The notes beneath the pieces were generated by a model. It was not told where the DNA came from. It saw nothing but the letters and a program-made list of their open reading frames with translations, and did no database searches. Both the position numbers and the translations under genes were made by a program. From contig NC_045138.2 of the NCBI RefSeq assembly GCF_008831285.2, positions 36,332,001 to 36,396,000 of the forward strand: a stretch of DNA of 64,000 bases, written 5' to 3'. Below are positions 12,321 to 26,184 of this stretch, one piece after another; positions within the stretch are counted from its first letter, which is position 1, and every line of letters begins with the position of its first letter. The stretch is from Nymphaea colorata. Lineage: Eukaryota.

Positions 12321-15300
12321 TCAGCAATTTGTGTCGTACACAACCAGACCCTGCAACTCTGGGCCCTCCAGGCGCGGGTTGTTCTCAAAGCTGCAAAAAC
12401 ATGAAAAGAAAAATCAGTAGAAGGTTATGATGAAGTTCAATGAATCAATTACCTGAATAAGAAACATGACGGATGGCCAAGAAATTCTCAAACTAAGTCT
12501 AAGGTGGTTACTAGGTCAAGTATCGGACCTTAATCCTACCGCTGTTAGGAAGAGAACCAATCATAGATAGCCTACTTATTCTTATCTAGGAGATGAACAA
12601 CACACACAAGAAGTTATGTGCTCAGTGTGTAACCATGAAGTAATGTCAAATGAACGTGACAGATGACATATTTGTAAAATTTATTTCAGCTGCATCAGCT
12701 TTAACGAATTCTTCAATTTAAAATGATTTATTTATTTTGGAGTTGAAAGAAATTCAAAGAATGGCATGTTAAGTTACATGAAATAGCTCGATGCCTTCCT
12801 AAAAAGAGCAGAAGAAAATGAAAAAAATCAGAAAGATGGAAAGTCTATTTTTATTGGACACGTACATCTAAATTGATTGTAGCATTTAAACGAAAAGCCA
12901 AAAGTTTGACAACAAAATCACACGCAAAATACTCACTTGCTTAAGGGTATGTGCTCGAAAGGACCAGTTGTGGGAATAGTTCCACACAAGTTATTGCTAG
13001 AAACATCTCTGCAATTGAAAAAAATGGTCAAGGTATCAGTCCCATGTCCCAGCATCGAGTAGCAACAAACTTGACTTCATAGCAGCAGCCAGGAACTTAC
13101 ACAACTTTAAGGCTCCGAATACTGGCAAGCTCCCTAGGGATTCTTCCAGTCAGCTGGTTGTTGTTAAGACGCCTATGCAAAAATTTCCGAAATAAGTATG
13201 TGACCCATCGAAAGACAACCGACAGACTGAAGTGCTAATCAGAATAGATGAGACAGTTATCTGACGAATAACTAAGCCATTACTCATGACCACCAAATTG
13301 GGAAAAACAGGCCATTAGCACTCACAGGAACACAAGAGATTTCAATTTTCCCAGAGAGGGAGGAATAGTTCCAGAAATGTTGTTGTTGTATAAGTCCAAG
13401 CTCACAAGGCTCTTCAAATCACCCACTTCTGTAGGAATTGTCCCTTGAATGTTATTTTTATAAAGTTCCCTGCAACCAAAAAAGTAGTAAGCATAAGTCT
13501 AACCATGTCATCCAAGAAAGAATGCTCTTATCGAGTAACATGCCAGAAATGAATATCAATCATGATGGACATCCGACGCAGGTTAAACTATTAGTTTGGC
13601 AGGAAAAGAATTCTATGATTTTTGTAAATACTGATGGAAAGACAAATCAAAGTAAGCAATTCCACCAAGTCAACAAACAGACCATTCCAAGAAACTACGG
13701 AAAGATGGATGTCAAGAACTTCCACAGTAAAAAACGAGCTAGAAACAAATATACAACATTCAAAAACCAACCACAGAAGCACAAAGTTCAAGGTATGTTG
13801 AATCGGGTGAACAAAATGTCCGCCAAACAAGAACAGCAAAAATTGAAGGGGATCAAGCAGCAGAGAAAAGACTTACAAATATTGCAGATGCTCGAGCTTT
13901 CCAAGCTCAGGTACCAGATGACCAGAAAGGTTTGAGTTCCCCAAGTCCCTGGAGAAAAAAGTTAATGAAAATTAGACCAATAACCACTAGGAAATTGAAA
14001 CATAAAGACCAATCATCTATTTCGTACACTATTTCAGCAAACAATCAACCACAAAAAAGCCACCAAATAACATAAGATGTATATTACAAATGTGAAAAGA
14101 TTTATTGCGAAGGTGATACAAGTAAATGCACGTTCGAGACAAGGAATTGGATTAACAACCATGGCTATGATAGGAACACATAAATTGAAATTTTCTCCAT
14201 TTTTTTGGTCAAATGCACTAGATCTACTGAACATGTAAAAACCAACATGCTTTACAACAATTTTTCAATAAAAATCATAAACCAACAAAAATCGAGCTGC
14301 TACCACTAGCTGAAGAGCAGGACGCATGTAGAAAGCACAAACTTTCATAAAAGCATTTTCACTACCAGGTAGACTATCACCCTGCCCCTTCTTACAATTT
14401 ATGCACAAACAGGTGAAAACATGCCCACATGATATCAGAAAAGGAACATTATTCACCAGAACAGTTTGTTCCCAGTGCATCAAGCATAATATGAATAAAC
14501 CATAAAGCAGTTATCACTTATCAGTAGAAATTCCAACCCCTTTCCAGGTTTCCCATTGATTTATTGCCCAAAACTAAAAAACATATAGGTGTAGAATAAG
14601 AATTAACTAAAATGGGTCATAAAAAGTTCTCAGTCGAAGCAAAATTAGTTTCTCATCTTCAAAGACACTACATACATCGTTAACTTCAAATAGTTGCGAT
14701 GGCCTAACACAATTAAACTCAGATAGACCATACAGACATAAGGGCTATCAGCGATAATTCTTGTGATACCCAAATACGTAAAGCTAGATTTTAGATGATG
14801 AAGGGGTTAGCGATATATGAAAGCATTCCCAGGCCACTGATGAAGTATCATCCAGATGATGTTAAAGACCGTGAAATGGTCAAAATTTGAGGAAGCGCTC
14901 TCTAGAAGTAGCATGCTAAATCATTAGGATGATAATGTCCAGATAGGTTGAAAAAATTATTGGGCATTCCTCTCGTTTATGTCTCTGGAAATAATGGTCA
15001 CAAGAACCAGAGTTGAGCAAACAACTCCAGGTAGTAGCAGATATTCACATATAACCAGCGCTGGTCCCGACGCCAGGCACCCAGAACAGTCCCGCCTAAC
15101 AAGTATTTTGGTTGATGGAATTCCTAACAGCTCAGACGAGTAAAGAAGGCTACAAGCAACAGAAAGTGAAAGAAACAGACACTATCCTTTAAGACCACAA
15201 CCAAAGATTGTCATTTAAACACATCTACCAACCAAGAGGGAAAAAAGACCATAACAAAAAATCAAATATTATCCAAAAGATTATACAAATAAATACTGCA

Positions 15301-16051
15301 GGATTCGAACCAAACTAGATAACCGCACAACCTTCCCAAGAAAAAAAAGCAGGAACAAACCAAGGATACCAGTTGTATGACCCTATCAGCACTTCAAAGG
15401 AAAAGGGGCATAGATCCTACTCTGGAAGAGGGAAGCTTATGTTCCTCATCCAATCCATACTCCGCAAGGACATAAAACTTTTTTCATTTTTCATATTGAT
15501 TTTCACCGTCAAAAGGTCGGAAAAAGCAAAGGCTTACATGAAAAAGCAAGCATATTACGAACTAATAGTTACTTAAATTCCGGCTCTCTCCCTCCAACCC
15601 CACCCCCAAACCCAAAAGAAAAAAAAAAGAAAAAAAAAAGGAAAGCCCAAAAGAGAACAACAGGGAAGAGATTTTACGCCTACCAATTAAACAAAACAGG
15701 ATTTCTGAAACACCCACCACCCAAAAAAAAGAAAAAATCAGTAGAAATCCATCAATGGTATATCTATTCTCCAAATGAAGCATTACTGATCAGGAAAAGA
15801 AACCCAAAAGCATAAAAACTAGGAGGGTCAAGTGGAAGGGAAGCATACACCCTAGTGACGCGGTTGTCCTGATTGCAGGTGATGTGGAACCAGGTGCAAG
15901 GGTTCACGAGCGTCGGATCCCAACTCTGCAAGACGTTGTCGGGGTCGGTCAAGCTCCTCCTTAGAGCATAAAGGGCGTCGCCTTCGGAATTCGAACAGGC
16001 GAGCGGAAGGAGAAACAGGAAGACGGTGCAGCACAGGACCAGCCTATCCAT
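12321..16051 (-). CDS. LRR1: Leucine-rich repeat protein 1-like: secreted SERK-type ectodomain with no kinase, ~210 aa
   Basis: Exons 16051-15849, 13948-13877, 13469-13326, 13172-13101, 13008-12937, 12390-12321 total 633 nt, with 72/144-nt LRR exons. Signal peptide, [32 protein letters not shown]-terminus [22 protein letters not shown]. Confidence 0.92.
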
Positions 16052-16131
16052 GACTCTTCCTCCCTACCAAGAGGAAGAAAGCCAAACTATATGGGCCTGT
16101 CGGATTTTGAGCTACGGAGAACGAGCGAGCG

Positions 16132-16133
<2 letters not shown>

Positions 16134-16180
<47 letters not shown>
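16134..16180. repeat. (GA/TC)n microsatellite in the LRR1 5' region
   Basis: Direct read; a similar (GA)n tract at ~7853-7882 lies before the PPTase ATG. Confidence 0.9.
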
Positions 16181-16183
<3 letters not shown>

Positions 16184-18039
16184 GGTGAGGCAGGTCGAGG
16201 AGGCAAGTATGGGGGGGAGCTGGAAATTTGAAGACTTTGTTCTGTCCTGATCTGTTGGGTTGAGGGTTGGTGAAAGATAGAGGGGAAGCAATAGGGAAGC
16301 CGCGAGCCCGGTTAAAAGGAATTGGGTAAACAGAACATTTATTATTTTTGTATGGCAATTTATAATTCTTGTTGTTATTTTATATTTGATGAGAAGCTAG
16401 AGTGAGAGAGAGAATACACACTTGAATATTTCTTTTTTTTTTTTTCCTTGTTCTTTTGGCGAGGGGTTAGAAAGAGAGAGTGAGAGTTGCTTGGGGAACA
16501 TCAGCGCCTGTGAGGAGACCACATCGTTTTTCACTTTTCTTTTTCTTCTTTTTTTTCTTTGAAACTTTGAACAACAAATTTCGGTCTCCAAACTCTCTCT
16601 CTCTCTCTCTCTCTCTAGCTGTAGCAAACGCACTCACTTTTTAAAGTGATTTTTGACCTCCCAAGTTCAAGAGTTTAAACTTTCCAAGGAAGAGAGGGAC
16701 ATGTTAATGGCAGTCCCCACCACCACTAACCATATTCAAATCTTGAAAAAGCAAGCAAAAAGAAGAGAGAGAGGTTGCATGGTGAGCAAGAAATTCACAT
16801 CCCCTCCTGCAGTGGGGCAATAACATTTGAAAAGGATCTCTTTTAAGAGAGAAACCTTGTGCCTTTGTTTGTGACCATTGGCTCTCCCTTGGGTATGATG
16901 AATCTTTATCTTCCCCACAATTGCTGTATTTTTTTCCTTTCCTTTTCCCTTGACAAAGTTATTCATCATGATTAGCGCGTGTACTATCTCATCTTCTAGT
17001 CAACCCTGACAGACTTGGACCCAGTCGCTCCCCACCAATTCGGTCAAACTGAAAAATTTGCGCTTACCAACCTTGACTTAAGCGCGTGAGGACCGGCGCG
17101 GTTCTCATTCGTTGATTTCTTTCTTCTTTTTTTTTCATGCTTTGCATAATTTATTTTCAATCCTTAATTTAAGGCGAGCAGCATCAGGTTAACAATCCAC
17201 AGAAAAAAGAGGTTCGAAGGCTCGTCGATACTCCTTACCTCAACAGTCTTAAGTTCTTAAGTATCAACAATAGCAGCGTGTATACAATTCAACCTGGGTA
17301 GCACATCTATCACTTAAGACTCCACAAAAACCGAACTAGAGACATGTCTTATAGGTGACTTCAAACATCTAGTATGAATTAGGGTTGTGATTTTGTAGAC
17401 CAAATCCTTGGAAAGATGGTTTTCTGAATAGTTATTAAGATCTCAGGACGTCTGTATGCATCAAACTACTATATCTATGAGGAAGTTCAATGAAATGACT
17501 CAATGGCGAGGAATCTACTTCAGCACGATGGAAGGCTTTGCAGAAACATTCCCTTGAACGGCGTATTTAATTATGTAGCGATGCTAGATGATGATTCTGT
17601 TCTCTCGCTTATACTAATTTATTTTTGGTTGTGAGATAGAAACTAGAAGCTCTTCCATTAAGATGTAAACTGCAAGATGCCTTGAGACCCTTTACAGCCA
17701 AGCAACCACTACCAAAGAGCTAGGCAAAATGACAAATGCAGCAGCTTTATTCTTAATGCTGGTCTTGGTTTAGAAATTTTTTAATCCTCTTTTGTGGAAT
17801 TTGGTGAACTGTGTCCCACAAAGTAGTTGACGAGCTTACATGCTGTTGTTAATCTTTAGAAAAACAAAAGAAAAAAAAATGAATGGACCGTATTTGAAGA
17901 ACATATGGTGAGGGTGGAGTCACCAGGGATGAGAATGAAGACTTTTGATCGTGCTCTTTAACTTTTGTGCACTGAGCGGTGTTCTTTTAGCATGACATGG
18001 CAGTTCAAGTTAGTTTCAAACTATGTATGTTTGATAGCC

Positions 18040-18490
18040 TTTGATCTCGAGTCGTGCTACTCAGCTTGACTCTTTAAAGTTTGGCTCCTGAACGAGTTCG
18101 AGACGAGTCATTTACCTAAGGAGTCGAGGTCGAGTTCATGAGTCGACTCGTTCAAATAATTGAGTTGAGTTCGAGCTCAACACGTAACTGTTGAGTCGAG
18201 CTCGAGCCTTAACCAAGTTGATATATTCAAATGAGTTTACGAGTTTGTCGAGCTTTAATCGAGTTGAGTTTGAGCTCAATATGTAACGATGAATATCAAA
18301 TATATTCAAATGAGTTTGTCGAGTCTTAATCGAGTCGAGCTCGAGCTCAACACGTAATGATGAATATCAATGCTATTCAAACGAGTTTGTCAAGCCTTAA
18401 TCGAGTCAAGCTCAACAACACGTAACTGCTGAGTTGAGCTCGAGCTGCTTCTATCAAGATATTCTTAAGCTCGAGCCGAGCTAGAAGTTT
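18040..18490. mobile_element. Degenerate non-autonomous DNA transposon/MITE with multiple GAGTCGAGCTCGAGC subterminal repeats
   Basis: Many TCGAG/CTCGAGC motifs and internal repeats (ttcaaatgagtttgtcgag...ttaatcgagtcgagctc x3); termini not resolved. Confidence 0.55.
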
Positions 18491-18986
18491 CATTATGTAA
18501 ATCCTAAAACCTAAAACTGACAGATATGTAAATCCAACATATCCGAGATCAATGATTATGATATTCATTGGTTGCTTGAGCTCTGAATTTTATGTGGCAC
18601 GGATTTCAAATCTATTCCAAGGAAAGACTCGGGCTCATTAAGTGGTATGATCGAATAAGGATCGGTCATCGGAATCGGAAAAGAAAATGGGAGAATGAAC
18701 AGGATATTTCTAAAGTTGGAAGGGACCATGTTAAGCCGCTTTGCTTTTTTCTAACGATTGTATATGCGTATCAGCCGATTCCAACTCGGACCGATACTAA
18801 TAAAATTGCTACAAGTCGTAACTTAGCAGACTACGCAATAATGCATTAAGAACAAGACAAGAGTTGTACATCGTTGACTATGCTGCTGTTCAAGACGTCA
18901 AGAAATTAATATCTTCACTTCTTAGCGTAAGGCAGAAGTCACGTAAACCTAACTACCAGACAGGTGAAAGGAAGGTTTGGGTGAAA

Positions 18987-19025
<39 letters not shown>

Positions 19026-21013
19026 CATTTTTTCTATACAGAAAAGGTAAAATGAGAGTTTTAAATGTGGACCTTGGGTCGGATGTAAGATCCTTAATTT
19101 GAAGGACAATAAAATTTATGATGAATCTTTTACCACATTAACAAAAACATGTTACATTATATCTACATCAGATCTGTAGATTTTAAATTCAGAGTAGTCA
19201 GATACCCCTTTACAATCAACATCAGTGCATATTGGGCCTAATTTTTTGTTAATTAGTTTAAACAATTTTAAATTGTTCTATATCGGCCCTAACCTTTTTA
19301 TTAATTAGTTTAAACAGTTTTAAATTGTTTTTAATAAATATAGAAGAGTAAAAAAAAATCAGATTCATTCTTATTCTGATTGGTTGGTACGGTGCATATC
19401 GTTTCCAGCATTTGGCAAGATTAGACCTCAGTCGTCTTGCGTGGTAAAAACTCGATAGCTGTACCAGTTTTAAATGCAAAAGGTAAACCCAAGAGGATTC
19501 ACATGTTACCTTTCTTCAATATTTGGTTAAATAAAAAATAAGCTGGTATAAGTGCTTTATATAAAAAGCTAAAATAAATAAATATATATGCATGTATATG
19601 TATTATATAATTGAGTTATATATATATCTTATTATGTTCTGGGTTTCCTTTTTCTTGTTGAAGATGACAAAGGATTCCACATGAAGCAAGTTGCGGCGGT
19701 TTCAAGGCAACCAAGCAAATGGAAACCTGCAGATCTTTCCACGCCGGAATAAAGTCAGGTCAGTGGTGGAGTCAAGTCAGCAGTAAATTAAAAATATCGA
19801 CCAAATTTTCAAGTAAGATCTGCAGAGCTTCCTACGCCAAAGGTTCGGGTCACCATGCCACATGATCCACTTTCATCATACTAGGAGGAACGAGGTCCTA
19901 CTGGATCTCAGATTTGGATTTGGATTTCAGATTAGTTGGATTCAAACTCTGGTTGAGAATTGGACTGATCCAATAATCCATTCCCACTGGCAGACGCACT
20001 TGGTCCTACTGGATATTCCTGACACCAAGCCTTATGTTTTGGATATCTGAATATCCGATAGCCAATGGTCTGGAGCTACCAACATGGTCCCCATCACCAG
20101 CAGATCTTTGAATTCTATATTTTGCTTGCAATAACTGTGAATCGCAATAGTTAAACTTTGATGCATCAATTATTGCATCACAATATGCTATGAACGTGCA
20201 TTTTAGAAAGGAGAGAAAGAAAGACTAAATTATTTTGTACCACTGAATCTTCCAAGAACCACAGCACTAAATGGGTTTGTTTCTAAGAGGTAAACTCAGA
20301 GTAGGCACCGACCGCCATTGCTCGCGAGGACAACATGGTTGAAGAAACTCAGGTCAAGATCTGAACCCACATTCTGTGTTTGTACTTTGGGCTGTTCCCC
20401 TTTTGAAACAACTCCAACCATATGCATTTAATGAGTTTTGTGAGCAAGGTAGTCATTTCATGACCTTTTTTTTTTTGTAATTAGTTTGGAAACTTTCATT
20501 GACTCGTGTTGTTGTTTCATTTCTTTTTTTGATTTATTTAAAACAACTGCACTTAAATCGAGAGATTTAGTTGTTCGATGGTTGTAAAATTTCTTGTAGG
20601 AAATTGAGTACCATAAAACTCGAACCATGACTTATTATCTATCAAATTGAATACCAACTCAATTGCCAAGGCCTGTCAACTCTATTGCGCCTGGTATTCA
20701 GAGTGGAAGAAGAAGAAGATAGATAGATTCCGAAACAAACGCTAGCAGTCGTGGATTTGCAACTGCCCTTTTGGCTTATCTTCTTTACTTTTTTCTTAAA
20801 GGGTCAACTGAGTTTTGTTGATGTGGCCCGCGCCTGTCAGGTGCATCATCTCTTCCTCATTATTGTTATCATTGGTGTTGTTTGGTTTTCTCAGGGACGG
20901 AGAAAGCAATGTCAGGGCCAAGTTCTTGATTTTCCAAGTTCCGGAAAGATCTCGAAATGCGATTCAGATTCATGGGGTTCCCCAGAACTAGCTAAAAGCA
21001 GCAGAACCACATG

Positions 21014-21094
21014 AGAAATAAATAAAGATGCCCAGTTAATATTCTTATATTAAAGAAATAAATAAAGATGCCCAATTAATATTCTCATATTAAA
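21014..21094. repeat. 40-bp tandem duplication
   Basis: agaaataaataaagatgcccagttaatattcttatattaa x2 with 2 substitutions. Confidence 0.9.
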
Positions 21095-22378
21095 GGTGTA
21101 GTTTCGTTGACCATCTGCGGAGTGGAGGCAGCTGGATTTTTACCGATTCCATTCATTAATGGAAGGCTCTCAACGGCCTACGAGAAAAATAAAAGAGGAT
21201 GATAAAAGCAGAGCATTAAGTGCAGCATCGGTCTTCTGACCATTACGCTCACTTTCGCTATTATCCATATATTGCTGCCTTCTCTTCTTTTTTATTGGGT
21301 ACTTTGTTTTAAACAAATGAAAATCTCTCTCTCTTTCTTTCTCTCTTTCTGCGATTTGTTCTTTTATTTAGGGGACTTCTTGTTCCTAAATTTTGCTATC
21401 TTGTTCCCAAATTTCGTTATATATTCTCATTTTATCGGCTCTCTGTCAATCAAGAAAAGTGATACCTTATGGTATTAAGGAGTTTTGATCTTAAGATCAA
21501 TGGTACCATTATGGAAGACAAATGGGCTGGTTCTTGTCCATTTCTTTCTTTTTATCTTATTTTGTAGATTGTGTCTCCAATGGGTAGGCACAACAGATGG
21601 GATGAGAGCTAGTAAGCAGGGGAGTTTCTGTTTTGAGCTCATGTAGAGTTAACAGAAGAAAAAAACACCAATATGCAAGTTAAAACAGTACAAGCACGTC
21701 ATCGTAAAGCACCAAAAGCAAGTTTGGTAGTCTATGGAATGTAGAGAAAATTAAAGGTATCAACTCCCTCTCTCTCCCTCTCTATCCATCCAATTTATGT
21801 CTATTGGTTCGGGTTTCATATGAAAAGACCACTTTAAATGACAACAACAATAAAAGACGCTGTCTTAAGAGGCCCTCATACTAAAGTGGAGGCCTGGTAA
21901 TAAAGTAGAAACTCGCATGAAGATGGTTAAAGGTGACAACTATCGTGTGACTTGAGGCTGTCGAGTTAGAGATCCTGCATCAACATGATTCATATGAAGG
22001 AAAAGAGTGATCTTCTCATTCAGCCATTTTCTATATTCTTCCTTCAACGTGTCTATATAGGTGAATATCTCCGTCCAAACTTTCGTGATGGCCTTAAATG
22101 CTGCCTTGGAGTCCAAATCTAGTTTTGGCTCCAAAACGGCATTTAAGGCGTGTGAAGGTGATGATCGAGATTGGTTTTGTGAAAAACCTGGCTGGGAGAA
22201 AATGACATTTTCAAAAAGGTGTGAATATCCCATCCCTCCTGGTGCCTCTCCATATAAAAATTTTCACGGGAAAAAGCATTGTTCTGGTCTTTTTATTCAA
22301 ATACACAATGTTTTTACAGAGCAAATCTTTTGAAGGGCGTCATTCAACACAAAAAAAAAAAAAACACAACCATACAAC

Positions 22379-22542
22379 CTAAGTGTCTGCTTGACATGAG
22401 TAACAAGTTGTTGCAGTTTTATGAACGTGCCTAAAAATTGCAACAGATCCATGAAACATTGCAACAAAGTGTTTTAAATCAGATCCAATTTTTGGGTAGG
22501 TTCATAGAACAGTAACTGATTCTTGTAGCCAAACAGCGCCTA
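22379..22542. mobile_element. Tourist/PIF-Harbinger-like MITE, degenerate
   Basis: Right end ccaaacagcgccta (reverse complement of TAGGCGCTGTTTGG) with an imperfect left partner taagtgtctgcttg. Confidence 0.4.
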
Positions 22543-25500
22543 GGGTTTCAATATCAGATCCCTGTTTAAGTAGTTATAACTTCAGCTTAGCCCTTAAAAA
22601 AGAAAAGTAAATATATGTAACCTGATTGGCCCCTAGGGGTTGCAACAAAGTTGGGCAGGCTACAACCTGCAAGTGGGTGGTCAAAAGTTCGAAAACACCA
22701 TCGATTCTCACCCCTGCATAAGCCAAAGCAGGTTATTATCCTGCAGACAGAGGCAGCAACCATGTGGATGTAAGCACCTAAGCCAAACAGCGGCGATGTC
22801 TGTCAACCCAACTTGTGTTTTTGCCATGTAAAAATGGAAGGAAGATTTCATTCTGCATCTACTCATCGCTCTTTTCAAGTGATAGTTGTACATAGGGTTA
22901 ATTGGAGTCTTTACTTTGGAGTTGTACATTCTTGGAGAGGTAACATGAAGTACAACAGGCTAAATTAGCAGGGCCAGGAGGGTGGTGTTGCAGTTACAGA
23001 AAAAAGAAAGACTTCTATCATAAACCTAAGATGGATGACTGCTGATCTTTATAGGTGGCCAGTCGCTTTGGTGCAATGGTAAAGGATCAAGCTTTGAGCC
23101 TGGGGCCAGCTGCTGCTGCTGCTGCAAAGCCAGAAAATTAGGTGACTGACTATTGGATTTGTCCTCAAAGTTTTCAATCCTCCCTCGGAAACCATAGCCA
23201 GGTTGCCAATAATGACCATGAAGATAACGAAGCCAGATTTTTAGCCGACGGGCAGTTATAAGAGACTTTGGCTAGGTCCAAGAAGGACCCTATATGCTTG
23301 GATTCGCTCAACTGTTGTAACTGACTATGTCTGTGTGGGCAGCCGCCTCCACTAGGTCCACCTGTAAGACATGCCTTTTCAGTGTTTCCTACCAAGATCA
23401 CTCACTGCGCTCCTACCTTTTGTGGACTGAGTGGCCTAGAATCCTCTCTGGGAATGCGCTCATGAGACCTCCCATAGACCATTTCATTGGAACCAACTCT
23501 TTAATTCCCAACAAAATATTACAACGCATTTCTGCCCAACTGGCTAGACCCTAGGGTGATGGGATACTGAGGGTCAGAGCGGACAGTTTCATGGGGTTCA
23601 CGTTTCGGCATCAGCTACCTGTGGCTCATTCAAAGGTCCTGCAGTATGGAGTACTAGTGTAAGGTCCAAAGGCCTCACAGGGGCATCTCCCCAACTGCTG
23701 CAAATCCCATTGTTCGACATCTCCTCTGCCGCACATCCCCCATTATTTGTCATAGCTCCTTAGGCTTGCAAAAGGGGTTGGATTCTGGCTGAAGATTCTC
23801 TTATCTGGCTTCCAATGGGTTTAGCTGTCCTGGATCCCCAGCTGCTTGTATCTCCACATCTCTGATCCCTAATAGCTAGCTGTGTCCGCTGTGTGCTCTG
23901 CTTTCGGCGGTTCGGTTTGCACAAGCAGTTTGATGATGGCACAATGAGGGATGCAGCTTTGCTTGAGGCGCACGTCCAATGCAGCCTTTGGGTAACAAAC
24001 CTGCAACTCTCCAAGCTTGCTTTCAGAATGTGCAGAGAAGCAGCAGCTTCTTCTGTTGATCTGTAAGGACCTGAAAAGACGGAGGAAATATCCTGGACAG
24101 TGATCTATGCACAAGGCATGCAAATGGATGTATAGAGGACAGCAAATAACTGTGCTCTGCAAAGAATGAGGGGGACTGGGAGGATCCTGAATGTCATGGA
24201 CCTCTCTGGGTTCTGCGCAATAGAGGGAAAAGAAAATTCAATAGCTCTAGCATAGCATAGCCAGAGGGGAGCCAATGCAATGGATAACTATCATAAGCAG
24301 CCTCTTTCAGCTCCAGTAGGATGATACACATAGGCAATCCAAACCTTTGAAGAAACGGGCAGTAATAAATCAATAGACTAGAAGAGGTGGGTACAGTGGG
24401 ATAGGTTGTGGCGGTCTGATCGGAGTCAAGGTTCAGATCACATGGGAATTGCTCAACGCATAAACTGAAGTAGGTTTGCCTGCTGAAGTCAACAGAATAG
24501 GACCAACTGTTCAAGAAGCTTAACACCGCTCCCAAGAGCACGGGACTAGATATTTTTTTCAACTCATCGAGAAAACAAAGCATTAAAATTGTGCATATGC
24601 TTTGGCGTCTGTGCTTACCACTCATGCCCAATTCTACGCGCTAGACATTAACCGGAGCGTTCATGGTTTTGCAGGCAACGGGTTGCATTAACAGAGACAG
24701 GAAGCGTCTCTGACTCTCTCTCTATTTTCTCTCTCCCAGGTGCAGAAATCAAACCTAGGATCTATTTGGAGAGCTTGAATAGGACATAGATAAAATAATG
24801 ACACTAAACCAAGGCTGGTGGTCTTTCTGTAGATTGAGCAGAGTGTTCCTCGTTGTGCTCATTAAATGTATTCAGTACCCTCAAACAGCAACATCTCATC
24901 CCAGGATCTCATATGCACAGGGAATGGCTACATACCAAATGAAACTAAAGCTAGGAACCAATTATACAGGTACTGAAGCATCAGTACAATGAATCACATG
25001 ATTAGTAGAAGCAGACATCAATTGAAGAGTAAATTTCTGCCCTTTGAAAATGAGGATCGGAAGTATGTCACAACTCTACGGAGGAAAATTGCTCAGACAT
25101 CAGAAATCTCAAACCTCTCAAACAACAGTTAACAGGACGGGGCATTGTGTCAAACCCCATCTCAATTTCTGTCCACCTGCCTGGAGAACAATTTTAGTAA
25201 ATTGATGTCAGACCTGGTTCTGGTGGAAGGGTAAGATTCTCTTCGTGAAGCCATTGTTGGTTGCTGCAGAAGTACGAGAACAATATTCATACGAACGGTA
25301 AAAGGCATCTCTGTTAACTAATGAAGCATTCGAATCTTCGAGAAATTGGTTCCTCAAGGAAACAAAGGAGCCGGCCATCTAACCAGGTCCAAAGTAAAAT
25401 AACGCAACAGAGCACATTGGTTCCTCAAAAAAATATGAAACACTCCAATGAAACGCAAAAGCACCAACCTTTTTTCTATAGAAAGGGAAATCCCAAAAAT

Positions 25501-25818
25501 GACTAACAATTCGACCAACTGTATCACGATTATTGACATCGGACACACTCACCTTCACCTATCGTCACTGTGAAAAATCACAGGAGAACATATGACATCT
25601 ACCATTTTCACATAACTGGGGAGAAAAAAAAAGGGAAGTGAAGTAATCCAAACTGGAATGTTCATCTTCAGTCCTACTCTACTTTAAAGAACGTACAAGA
25701 TGCCCCATCGAACATAAAAATCTGAACCGCCAACAATAATAAAACTGCGATGCCTTCTCTAAAGCCAAAGATAGCGAAGAAACATCAACTACCTAGAAGG
25801 AGCAGAATTAACAAATCA

Positions 25819-26184
25819 TCAGTATCGGGAAGAAGAGAGCTTGAGGCACTCGCTCTGGCACCTGCGGAGGCACACGTCGTTCCAATTGGGGACATGGTGC
25901 GGAAGGACGCAGACAGTGCGGGCGCAGGCATCGGCGCAGGCGTCAATCTGGGAGACGCCGCAGACGGTAACGCATGTGTCCGGCGTTGGCTCCTTGGAGA
26001 AGGAACCAACCTTCTTCAGCATCCGCTTAGAAGTGCAGACCCTCTCGCACACAAAGATGTCATCGGAGCTCTTTTTCTTGATCATCTGCTCCTCGTCCGC
26101 CTTCTTCTTCCTCATCCTCGCCGCCTGCGCAGCTGCTAGCGCAGGTACCGCTGCCCCTACCACCACCCACCACAGATCCACCAT
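25819..26184 (-). CDS. Small cysteine-rich plant protein, At5g64816-like (121 aa)
   Basis: N-terminal hydrophobic segment, then FVCERVCTSKRMLKKVGSFSK...CADACARTVC...WNDVCLRRCQSECLKL, recognised as a conserved family pattern. Confidence 0.85.
   Translation of the reverse strand: MVDLWWVVVGAAVPALAAAQAARMRKKKADEEQMIKKKSSDDIFVCERVCTSKRMLKKVGSFSKEPTPDTCVTVCGVSQIDACADACARTVCVLPHHVPNWNDVCLRRCQSECLKLSSSRY

Noticed and set aside
13438..13935. 165-aa plus-strand ORF
   Set aside because: Antisense to LRR1 intron 2 and its flanking exons; non-ATG start and K/N/Q-rich composition.
18040..18490. Repeat cluster as a CRISPR-like array
   Set aside because: Plant nuclear context, irregular degenerate repeats with no unique spacers, no cas genes.
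21212..21260. miR397-like sequence with a weak fold-back
   Set aside because: About six mismatches to the recalled mature miR397, and the hairpin is too short and imperfect.
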